Source of the DNA: the human T2T-CHM13v2.0 reference genome, Homo sapiens
Length of the DNA stretch: 64,000 nucleotides
Strand: one strand, 5' to 3'
NCBI RefSeq assembly: GCF_009914755.1
Contig: NC_060930.1
Position numbers and translations under genes: made by a program. Of the stretch, positions 25,018 through 36,950 are shown piece by piece. The notes under the pieces were generated by a model. The model did no database searches, was not told the origin of the DNA, and was given only the letters and a program-made list of their open reading frames with translations. Numbering within the stretch: the stretch's first letter is position 1; every line of letters begins with the position of its first letter.

Positions 25018-27739
25018 ATACATCATCACCGTGACAATATCAGAAAACACTGTGAACGGGACCACACTGACCAGGAGATCCAGGTCCCTGTAGTCTAGCC
25101 ACACACGCCACCGCATCTATATACTCCCTTCCAGCAGCAGCACAGAAAGCCAAAGCCACAGCCCTCTGCCATTTCTGTGACTCCCCAAAGCACTGGGTGG
25201 AAAGAACACTATGTAGGCATTATTCTGAGGTCACACGTGTTTACCTTAACCCCAGAATTTGTGCAGATCTTTCTGCCTTTGCTGATTTGCCTGGTGTGAC
25301 CTGGGGCACAACCCACTCTCATCCGAAGTCATACCAGGGCTCTACGGCGGTCACCATGACTGTAGAAACTACCCCTCAAGAGCATCCACTTCCACACACA
25401 CGTCGGGCGTATGTTATTATTGATCATATTTTAATTGTTTTCCATTTATTTGAATTTTCAAGATTTTGTGGTCGTGTAGTATTAAAACTTACAACAAAAC
25501 CTCATCAACCATTAGTTGACAACCTGTTTTTTTTTTTTTTCTGCAGAATCATTTTTTAACAAATTGCATTTACATAAAACTGTCAGGCATTCAGAAATGT
25601 TTAACAAAAAGGAAGCCGCTTCGGCCAGCCCGCAGCTTGTTTTCCACAGACCTGTGGTCAGTGATATTCCCTTGAAGATCTGTTTATCTCATAATGAATC
25701 TTTAAAGATGTACTCTTTGTTTTATGTACTTAAAAAAGACGGAGAGAAGAGGCACGTGGGCAAAGCTCCTTGTGTTGGGTTAATTTTTTTTCTGTGTAAA
25801 TACTGAAAGGAACAGTGTCAGAAAAGTCCATTTCCAGCTTGATCTCATCTTGAGCATTTCTCGCTCCCCAAAGGTAACCTTTCCATCGTGGGTCGCTCTG
25901 AAGTGAGTCGACGCGGCAACCATTTGTTTCTTGCTGTTTCCTCTGTATTGTTTTCCTTAATATTTTTTCAGGCTCTTGACAGATGCTGTAGCTAAGTTGT
26001 GGTAGTTTGATTCCCTTGTACCATGTTTCATTTGTGACAATTGGTCGCCCGGAATAACATTTGTATTTTTACTGTTGTCCCACATTTTAGTTAAAATAAA
26101 TAATGGAAACAATGGTGTTTTCCAAATACACTCATCCAATTATCTAATTGTAATGTTCCTCTTTCCTGTTTAAGCATGTCTAGGTTTTTAGTTCTTGATT
26201 TGTTTCATTTCCTTTGAAAATATCCTTGATTTATCATTATTTTTACTAATTCCTTTTTGCTTAGATTGTTCTATGCTTCATTTTGTGTTTTTATGGAGTT
26301 CATTTTTGCCCTTTTTGATGACTAATTTCTCATTTTCTTGCATTTATTGAGTATAGCACATTGATCATGCAAAATTTTTTAGCTCTTATAGCAATTATAT
26401 TTTATTCTAAATGACAATGTTAATATTCACCAAATTGGACTATATCTTTACCCTGCAAGTTGAAAAAGAAATGTATCACTTTGGCACCTTTGGAATATTT
26501 GCAACTCTTGAGATTTTTTTGAAGCACAAAATGTGTTTGAGAGTACAGGACAGCCTCAGAGGCACAGAGATAAAAATAACCGAATTATTTCCATTCACTC
26601 CTCTGTTTGAAGTCATAAAATAAACTGAGAAACAGCATGAATCGTAAAAAGATGAATTGGGAATCTGAAATTCTTTCAGCTTTGTTCATCTAAGATATTC
26701 ATTGTTTGGAAGTGGTTTATTATAAATTTTTCTGTCATTGGTGACCCTTGGTTAAAACTTAAAAAAAGAAACATATTATCAAGATCTTATTGGTCCAGAC
26801 TAAGTGTTTGATACTGTATCTTAGAGCCATTATAAATGTCTTTCTCAACAGTACCACTTTTGTTACCCTCATATTCATTATTCAGGATGCCACACATTTA
26901 ATCACATAAGATCCATAAGAAATTTAAATGCTTTGAAGTTCATATGGCCACATAAGAGCTTTATAACTTATGGGCATAAGAAGAAATTTCATTTTTACAT
27001 GGCACTAAGAGACAAGAGGATAGAAGCCCATGGAAACAGATGGAGGTGGCTTAGACCCAAGCATCGGTTTTGAGAACACAGGCCAGAGGTTAAGGACAGC
27101 TTCTGGAGGCTCCTGCTGTTCTTCTGCCCTCCCCCACCCCATCTAGTCCTCAGCACAGTGCCTCCCTGTCCTTTACTGTAGAAGGGTTCTGATTCAGAGA
27201 TAATGATGCTGTGAGAACAAATTGGGGGAGAAAAAGGTGAAGTTAAAATTAACTCTGGTAGTATGGGGTGAAAGAGGCAAAAAAAAAAATGCTTGAAGAT
27301 TTACTGAATATACGTCATCCAGATTCTGCCAAGAGAATGTACAGTGCTAAGTGTTGGGTGTGTTTTTCAGTATTTCTCTGGAGTGCTCTCAGAAAAATCC
27401 TCGTAGAAACGACTGAATGAGAGTGTATGGTTTGCTGTAGAAAAGTTATATTTAAGATAGCTAAAACTAATTTTTAAATGAAAGGCAGTTTTGCTTGTGG
27501 AGTTTCACAAACATCAAAATGCCTTTTAGATATCTGTCTTAAACGAATCCTAATATGTAACAAAGAGAAGCCATTCCAGCGTGGGGCCAAGGCTTCCTAA
27601 ACCAAATGATTTTTGTGTTTTAACAAAGTGCCCTGGACTTGGAACCTGGAAGACTGCTTGGAAATTTAGATCTACCTTAACTCACCTTCTCTGGGCCTCT
27701 GGAGCCTCTGTTTGTGCCCCGTACTGTGCATAGACCTGC

Positions 27740-27914
27740 TCCCAAGTGTCATTGGAACATATTTATTCCCAGCTCTGCATCCAGTGACCTCACATTGGTG
27801 GCTTGCAGTTGGCCATGTGGGAGCATTTACACCATGGAAATTGGCAAATCCTAGCTATCACGGCTTTATTCTCTCAAAGAGTCAGTAGTGAGGTATTTGC
27901 CAACAAACTTCTGT
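27740..27914. mobile_element. MER63-like hAT MITE fragment
   Basis: Contains ggccatgtgggagcatttacaccatggaaattggcaaat. Confidence 0.7.
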
Positions 27915-29827
27915 TGCTGGCTGATATTTAGGATACTCTGAAAATTCCATGCTGGTCTGATTCTATGGAGCAATTGTTTGCTTTTAGCTCTTAGTTTCCA
28001 CTAATTCAGTGACATAAACTCCAGAGAATTACATTTTGTCTCAAAGCCCTCCAGGCGGGGCTTGGTCAGCTATGGGATGGGTGAGTGGCAAGTGGCTCTG
28101 TGAATGCGTCTTGGGGCTCCGCCTCTCCCCTTTAGTCAGAGCTCTGTTATTCCACCCCGATCCTCATCATTAGCTGCTAGAAATAGTCACCACATGGTCT
28201 GCAGAGCCTTGCTTGCATGAGGTATGCCCAGAGGAATGGACATTCTTCAGCTTCTCTTCCCTGAAGTCACATTTCCAATGAAAAGACTGAGACCCAATCT
28301 AAGCGCAAATGCTTGGTATTATCATTTACGTACATTACATTGTATCCCCCTGCAATTCTGCCTCCTGCCAAAACTTTACAGTGTACATCATGTACCCATT
28401 CCAATAGTAGCTTTCCTGGGGAAAATGAAAAGTACATAAAAGTACTGGCTATGTGGAAATAACACCTTTATATAACATTGATCCTTAGTAAGATCAAAAC
28501 ATAGGATAAAAGTAATCATGTTCTCAGAAGCAACACATGAGTACATGAAAATCAGTGTGTGGTCTATTTGCTTTTCTCTTTTGGATTATTTATAGAGATA
28601 GTTGTGGCATTTCAACAAGAGAATGGCCACGTTTGATTGTCTTACCCATGAGGGGTGTGTTATGTATACACTCTCCTAAGGCTTGGGAGGGAATAAAGTG
28701 TTCCTCTCTCCTGCAAATGCCGTAATTTACTAGCCACTTGCACCTGTCATGCTGCACATTTCTCTCCCAGTGGGAATACTACGTATGCCTTCAATAAGCC
28801 ACCATCCCTGGCAACTAAAGGAAGGGCAGAAAGCTGTGTGTGTCCATTAAGTCTATTTTGCACCTTTGATCTTCTTGCTTGGCCACTTTATTTGTCATCT
28901 TTCCAACTCTTCTGGCTAAAGTGGTGCGGCTTTCACCTTAAATCAAGTATTTTCCATTCTTTAGCAATTTAATTTGTAAATCTTTTACAGCACGTTTTTG
29001 CTTTGGTTTGATCCCTTCTGGAGAAGGTGGATGTTGGGGATATGGAAGAAAGAGTTTAAGAAAAAATAATCCAGATTATAGGGGTGAACATCATCAAAAT
29101 ACAGCTTCCTCAAAACAATGTGCTTCTCTCATTTGCAGACATTATTTCTGAAGAGTTATATTTGTCCCTTGTTTCAATGGAAGTAGTTTATTTCCATTTA
29201 TTTTCAACTTTTCTCTCGCATTTTGTATTTTCTGCATTATTTTTGATAGAAAGTGGGCATACTTGAGTTGTCAACCATGTAGGGAAACTTTTAAGTTCTT
29301 TTAATATTTTCAACATGAGCCCTATAATTGGATAATTATTTTTTTAAAATACTTTTTGGCTTGTTCTACTTTTTCCCTTTTGGGCTGTCTTACTATGTTT
29401 GAAAATGCACACACGATAAAACCTAATAATAATAATTCCGTGCACAGATTTTCCTCATGGCAACGTTCTTGAACCATGATCACACTTTCATAATGCGGCG
29501 TCCTAGTGGCCAGATGACATTTCTGGCTCGTCACTTGTTGAGCCATCTTAACCTTGAACCAGCTTTGAGTCCTTCACAGTCAGTGCTAGCGGACAGAGCC
29601 CCCTGCTGGAAGTTCTGGGCACCTGTATTTCCCCTGGAAACGGAAGGTCACTCCCCAAGGCTGGGAGACCAGGAGGCTGGAATATACCCAATTCGTGAAA
29701 AAAATGGACAGAAAGCATTCGACTGACAGCATGAGTCAATAAAACCTCAAATTATTTTTTCAATACACTTCCTTTCCTTTTGAAAGTTTGGGTAAGAAAG
29801 GCAAATACCAGATCTCTTTAAACGATC

Positions 29828-30121
29828 TATTGTTTCTCAAATTAGAATTTCCTAAGAAATGATTCTTTTGGTTAATAAAAGGTATGCCAGCAGTGGGGTG
29901 GGTATTATATTTTCTCATTTCAAATTTTGGAAATGGTGGATTAAATACAATTAAACATGATTCTTTGTTGCAGAACTTCTCAGTGCCTTTAATATGAAAA
30001 GTGCATTTTGTACAACAGAGTTTTTCCTAAACTTGTTTGACCATGGGCATTTATTTTGTGGCACATTTATTAATGTTTTTGGAAGAGTGCTTCGCAGAAT
30101 ATCAGTTTAGGAAATCCACTG
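29828..30121. mobile_element. hAT-Charlie-like DNA transposon remnant
   Basis: Contains gaacttctcagtgcctttaatatg, tttcctaaacttgtttgaccatgg and terminal-like gtttaggaaatccactg. Confidence 0.5.
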
Positions 30122-31720
30122 ATGTTCTTCACTCATTTTTCTAAGGCTTCTGTTTCAAAGAATACTTCAATTTTATTCTAATTATACCACTGTACATACA
30201 ACTGCGGGAAGGCTATTTCTTAATATTCTAATGCTGAGAGACACAATGCTTGGCACTTGGATAGTCAGGGAAGTTTTTATTCATTTGAGTCTTGGCTCAT
30301 TTTTTGTGCTATCTTTATGAATATCTTCGTTTAGACATAGGTTCATCCATATTTTATAAAAATGATTTTTCCTTAGTTTTAATGGACATACTTTAACAGT
30401 TAGCAGTGTTTGAAAAGAAGACTTAAGAATTATATGCATCTTAGATTTATAGGCCAATAAAGTATTGATTCTATGTAGGAAAGAGTGAGCTGGTCTCATA
30501 CAGGTATTTTGGGATCAAGCGCTTCTCATAAAATCAGTGTTTGAAAAGGAAATTATCATATTACTCTTCATATTATAGTGGTTTTGTTACTTTAAAAGTG
30601 CTCTTATGGGATCATACACAGGTGCATACTCACTTTATAGGTGTGACTGGGCAATGGAAGTGTTTACTAGAAAATATCTCATGAGAAAACTTAGATTTTC
30701 TAGGGTTTCCAGTTTGAAACATTCACAAGGTTCTGATTACTTAAATTACATTTTAATAAACAAATGTTCTGGTCTAATCCAGATCTTGTGATTTCTCTGT
30801 AGCTGGTTACTTCTTACTGTATCAACTAAATGTAAGAAACAGTTCTCCGTGTAGAATTCAAGTGTTGTCCTATTTTTTATTAGCTGCTAGAAGAGAGTGC
30901 CCCAAGTTTTTCCTCCAGGGCACATGGTTTGATTGGCATACTTTAGCTTTGTTCTCAGGAGCACCATGTCACGTGGATTCTCTCCTATTTAATCAGGCCA
31001 CTGTAAAACGTGGTACAAAATGGTCAGAATGATTAGGGTCATACAGTGCTTACCGGACTGCTGCCATTTGGTTTATTCATTCTGCTAAGATTCTCAGCTT
31101 TAGGAAGAGCTGCTTTACTCAGGAGGAAGAGAAAATTAATTCTCCAATCCTAAGTCTTCCGTCTCAACGCTGCATCCTGAAGTGATTTGTAAAATTCAAC
31201 TCTAACCCTGCGGATTCTGGGTCAAAACACACCCATCTTCAGTTTCCCTGCAGAAGGACAGAGCCGGAGAGGAACGTGCTGTCTGTCTGTCCTTCTGGGC
31301 CTGGTCTCAGCCAAAGCTTCCAGATAGGTGCTTTCAGGATTTCCCAATTGCTTCAAGTAACCTCTTTCAGGACTTTGCAGTCTTACTGTTCAAACCGCTT
31401 TCTTTCCCCGAGTCCCTTTAAGAAAATGCAATATGTAGATATTTGATTTAAATAAAATCCACAAACATTGTTAAGCATATTTATTAGATAATTGTTTCTT
31501 CCCATTACAGAAATACTCTCTACTCCAAAAACGTATTCAATTCCTTCAAACAGAAAACTTCTGGTGACTTTGAATATGACACATTTCAAAAGAATGGGGA
31601 ATTCCTGTTAGGCCCCCGGCACTGTGGGCTTCCTCATGCTGCTCTGTTGTTCAATGCAATGCAAGTCCCACCAATCCTGGAATTCTTGCTGATGTCTAGC
31701 TCCTGCCTCCTGCTTGCAAG

Positions 31721-31856
31721 TAGAGTTTCCAGACAAAATACGAACACCCTGGCCATGTTTGGGACATGCTGCTACTAAAAAAGTATTCCCTACTTATCTG
31801 AAGTTCAAATTTAACTGGGCATCCTCTGTTGTTATTTACTAAATTTGGCCACCCTA
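31721..31856. mobile_element. MER53 hAT MITE with an internal deletion
   Basis: Termini tagagtttccagacaaaatac...aaatttggccacccta. Right arm tttgggacat...atctgaagttcaaatttaactgggcatcc is intact, most of the left arm is missing. Confidence 0.8.
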
Positions 31857-31949
31857 ATTCTAATTCACTTGGACTCTGACAAAATGCGCAGGATTTTATA
31901 AAAAGACTTTTATTCTGAGTCGAAGAAATGTAACATAAATGGCAATATT

Positions 31950-32247
<298 letters not shown>

Positions 32248-33154
32248 TGGCAATTATTTTTATCGTCAAGAAACCTGATTCTTTTTACTTTAACACTGAG
32301 ATTGATTCCAACATCACCTTCACAGATACCTGGGACTTTCTCTGGGAAAGTCCACAGCAGCCTTCAGGGGCCCCAATGTGTCCCCTTTAAATCCCAGCGA
32401 CTGAGCTGTTGCTTGGGGTTCCGCTACTGGCACCCGGCCCACTGAGCAGGACAGCTCCTTCCTGGAATCTCCTGACCCTGAGTGGGAGCCCCTCTGTTCC
32501 AGCGAGCTCCAGGCCTGCCTCCTTCACGAGGCCCCCAGCTCGGGCTGGCAGGGACTGCACCTTGGCTGCTCTCTTCCGTGCTCACATGTGGGCACTCACT
32601 CCGTGTTGTGCCCCCTCCCTCCACGCGTGTCATCTACCCAACATCGGGAAGCTCGCTGAGGGCTCACTCCCTAGCTTTCTCCTGTTTCCTTGGGATTGCG
32701 AGCTATTCTTAGTCAGTGTTTAATAAATGCTTCCTGAATGAATAAAAATGTCATTCCAACAGAAGCTCCAGTCACACGCCCTGGAGATTTAGCACTACAA
32801 TCTGAAGAACATGTTCAAAACCCATTTTTCTGTAAAATAACAGACCTTACCAATCGCTCTTGTAATAATCCTTATGGAGGAGGAGAATCTTATCAGCTTC
32901 CCTTAATTCCACAGAGGTAATCCCTGCAGCCCCAGCTTCATCGTGGCAATTATATCAGTTCTTTGTTGTTCTGTTTTAGATTTGTTTCCTGAATTCTCAG
33001 TGAATGCCAGGGATTGATTGAACTGGGTCATTTGTATTTAATCCAGATTCTTTGTCTCTGCAAGGATTGGAGCCTTGGCCCCGGGACATGCTCCTGGGTG
33101 CGCTGCGTTTCTCCCAGCCCTGAATCAGGACACTCTGAGCTGCCTTTCCCTGGC

Positions 33155-33260
33155 TGGCATGGAGGAGCAGGAAGAATCCTGACGCTGGAGTCAGGAAGGC
33201 TGGGTTCCAACCCGGCTCCTCTCCGCTCCTGGGCTGAGAGGGTCATAGCACCTTGTGGGG
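33155..33260 (+). mobile_element. MIR fragment
   Basis: Contains ctggagtcaggaaggctgggttccaacccggctc. Confidence 0.55.
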
Positions 33261-34020
33261 CCACCTGGGGTGTGCTGGGTGCACGGCGGGCCCCTCAGCC
33301 ATGCCCGTTCCTCGTCCTCCCTCTCTTCTACGTTCCACTCCTTACACACTTGTGTGTAATTTAGCTCTTATTGACAGAATAAAGTAAGGAGGGCTTTATT
33401 CTCACGTGCCCAGGAGCTCCATGAGCTTATGCAGTGCAGAAATGAACCACTAAACCACGGTACTTTTTCAGAAAGCAACTTTCTCCTTTTCCTTGATTTT
33501 TGGAGACTAAATATGGCAAATGCCTTCTGGTGCCCCTTCCGTGGTGCTCATTAATTAGCCCTGAGGCATTTTCTGTTGGTGATCCCTGTCATCTCCTTTC
33601 CCACTCCGTGCAGGCTTTGTCTGAAGACCAGGAGGGAGAAGAAACTTTTGGTGTCTCCAACGTGTGCAGGGCTGGGAGCTGCTGTGGCCTCATTCTTGGG
33701 GGTGGTGGGGTGTGAGGAGGATACATAAGCTTCTGGGGCACCTGGCACCAGCCAGTAACCTGGGACTCTCTCACCCTCCGTTTTCAGCTTTGGGGGCTAC
33801 AAAACCTGCCCAAAGGATGTGCCGTGAGTGCTGCTCTATCATTTCACTGTCACTGGGGATGAAAAGGTGGGAGAAATGATGCAAGGAGTTCTCACTGCCA
33901 TTCTTTTATTTGCTCTGACATTAAAAAAAAAAAAAAAGGTAGAGCTTGTATTTCTTACATGCCCAACTGTTGTTTTTAAAACTTAGAAATTTGGAAAAGC
34001 TTCTGTGACACCTGCATTTT

Positions 34021-34313
<293 letters not shown>

Positions 34314-34424
34314 TGACAGCTGCATTTTTAAACTGTGCTGGAGACAGTGCACCTCTGTGATGGGGCTGGCAGGGGCTGGGGTTTGCCCAGGCTCAGGGCT
34401 GGGGTGCCACCTCCCTTGTCCTGG

Positions 34425-35020
34425 CGACTGCCCTTCAGGGAATGACTTTCATTGTCCTCATTCTGGAAATGAGGAAATGGAGGCTTAGGAACTATGTCAG
34501 TCTTCAATTGCTGTATAACCACCTTCCCAAAATTCAGTGGCTTCAAACAACCACTGTTGATTTTGCCCTAGAGGCTGTGGTCCCCTGGGCGGCACTCTGG
34601 GGTGAGGCTGGGCTGATTCAGGCTTCAGGGTCAGGCCAGAATGGCTCCTGCGGGGGTGTAGAGCTCGGTGGATGACAGGGCCACTGGGCCTTTTCCTGCT
34701 TCCTCCAGCCTGGTGGCCTTGGCTCCTCCAAATATGGTGAGAGGGTTACCAGGGGAGCACATGGCGGTGAGCAGGTACTCCCCAGATCTCAGCCATGTCA
34801 CTCCTCATCATCCCAGTGGCCAAAGTGATCCTCTAGCCAACACCAGAGGCAGTGGGAAGGGGAGGTAGTCAGGGAGGTGAAGAAAGGGAGGCAGGGCGGG
34901 TGGCCTACAACAGGGAGGTTGAGTAACTTGACTGAAGTAACCCAGCCCAGGTGAGGAGGAACTGGGATTCGAACCCACATGCTTCCTTTGACCACTGAGG
35001 CCTGATCACTCAAGTCCTAG
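34425..35020 (-). mobile_element. MIR interrupted by an MLT1-like MaLR LTR (34493-34912)
   Basis: MIR halves cattctggaaatgaggaaatggaggcttag and gaggttgagtaacttgactgaag...ctgggattcgaaccca flank LTR text ttgctgtataaccaccttcccaaaattcagtggcttcaaacaac. Confidence 0.7.
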
Positions 35021-36756
35021 GTGGGCAGAGCTCAATACCCGGGGGTTGGACTTGGACAGCTTGGGTTAGACTTTCTGTTGCCAGACTCAGTTCCTTCTCT
35101 TCTTGCTCTTAGAGGTGGGTGTTAGGAGCTAGCTGCCTGGTGTGAAGCGCCAATCCTTGAGTGGAAGATGCAGAAAGGTGCAGGGTGTTGCTTCGCTGTA
35201 GCTCACCTTGGCCAAATCAGCTTCTAGAGCCCCCGTGCCACTTGTTGGATTGACTATTTAAGTGAGATCCCCGCATCCCCATAAACTCCCTTATAGTCCC
35301 CCATCCTGAAGATGGGACTTTGTAGCCCAAATGCAAAGTCAAAGTTTCTAAGTGCCCTGCCCGGCTTTCCTCTTAAGTTGTCCGGATATGCACCACGAGC
35401 TAACAACCTCACCGGATTGATTCTGGTGTGGAGAATAGGTTTCTTTAAAGAGGAGCTCTGCGGTGGTGGCTCTGGAGTGCCTGCAATTCCTGCACCTGGT
35501 GCCTCTGCCCTTGAAGGGCAGTGTGAAAGCTGGGAGGGCGGGCGTTTCAGCCTCCTTTCTGAAGGATGCAGTTGGGCATCTGATAGGTTACCTTAATTAC
35601 ACCATTTCCTCCTCCCTGTACACACTTCCAAAATCTAATTATAGTACATGTGACACCCTGTGACCAGCCAGAAGCCAGAGATTAATATAAAGTCACAGCA
35701 GGACAGTTTGCTCCCTGAAACGGTTTACATGACATTGCAAATATAGTCCTCAAGGATTTGATGCTGATACTTGGATACGTTCATCATCACGTTAGCATGT
35801 GAAGCAGGCGGGCTCTATGGGATCCGATTCAGCGCCCGTGGGAGGAACGGCTGGGGTTTATTCCCATTGGCCCATGCCGCTGTCCTTCTGGAATTTGACA
35901 TTGGTGTCCTTGGAGTTTGGCATCTATTCTGAGGGGCCTTAGCCCTTTAACAATATGTCCCAATTAATTCTGTATTAATTGGGGGGGGGGGGCGCCTGTG
36001 GGTCCGTCTATGGGGGGCGCTTGGCCACTCTCCTGGGTGTGCTATCTCTGCCCAGATAAAGGATATTGTGTGCAGGCATTTGAGTTGGGAGCACTTGTTT
36101 ATCTCTGTTCCTGCAGCTTTATTTAGCCTGGAGCTCCATACCGGGCCCTCACAGCCACACACCTACCAGAAGCACTTGCCCCAGAGTGGGACTCTGAGGG
36201 GAGAGGTGGCTGGGGAACGGCTGACTCGGGGCTGCAGAGTTATTTTCCTCCTCAAATCTGGGGCCTTGTTGTACATGTGAGGATTTTTGAAGACCAGCCT
36301 CTAAACCTATTACAAATTCTTCAGTGACTAAAATGTCAGCATGTGAACCGTCTTCCCACCCAGCTCGGGCTCTGTCTCTTCATTCAGGGGTGGCTTTAGT
36401 TTACCGGGAGATAAGTGGGGGAGCGATGTGAGAGGAATTCAGGAGAGAGGACAATTCCAGCTAAAAACAAACCTCAAGTGACAGTTGTGTAAACGCGCTC
36501 GCAAAGTAACATTCAACAGAACAAGCAGGGCGAGCGTCACAGGCCTCTTGTTGGAGAGAGACACAAACCTGGATTCCAAGTGCAAGGGTTTGACTTGGAA
36601 GAATGGCAAGGGCTCCCTCAATGTTTAAGAAACTCTAGGAAGCCTCCGCAAAGCCAAGATGCTCTTCAGTGTAAGCCTCTCTCGTCAGGCCCCCCTCCCC
36701 CAGAGGCGGATTCTCAGGCTCAGAGCTCTTGAGATCCGTGGCTGACCTCCTGACCA

Positions 36757-36950
36757 TCGTTAATAATGACCGTTGCATGTTTCTAAATTGCTAAGGGAGT
36801 ACATTTCACGTGTCCCACCATGGACAATAAGAGGGGTGGTGGATATGTTAATAAGTTTGATTTAATCACTCGACATTGTATACTAGACCAAAACATCACA
36901 TTGAACCCTGTGAATACGTGTAATTATTATTTGTCAATTAAAATAATAAT
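36757..36950 (+). mobile_element. L1MA-type 3'-end fragment
   Basis: Contains ggatatgttaataagtttgatttaatca...aaaacatcacattgaaccctgtgaatacgtgtaattattatttgtcaattaaaataa. Confidence 0.8.

Noticed and set aside
32459-32467. Isolated TTCCTGGAA and other lone GAS or AP-1 matches
   Set aside because: TTCNNNGAA is expected roughly 16 times by chance in 64 kb at uniform base composition. Only clustered or context-supported instances were kept.
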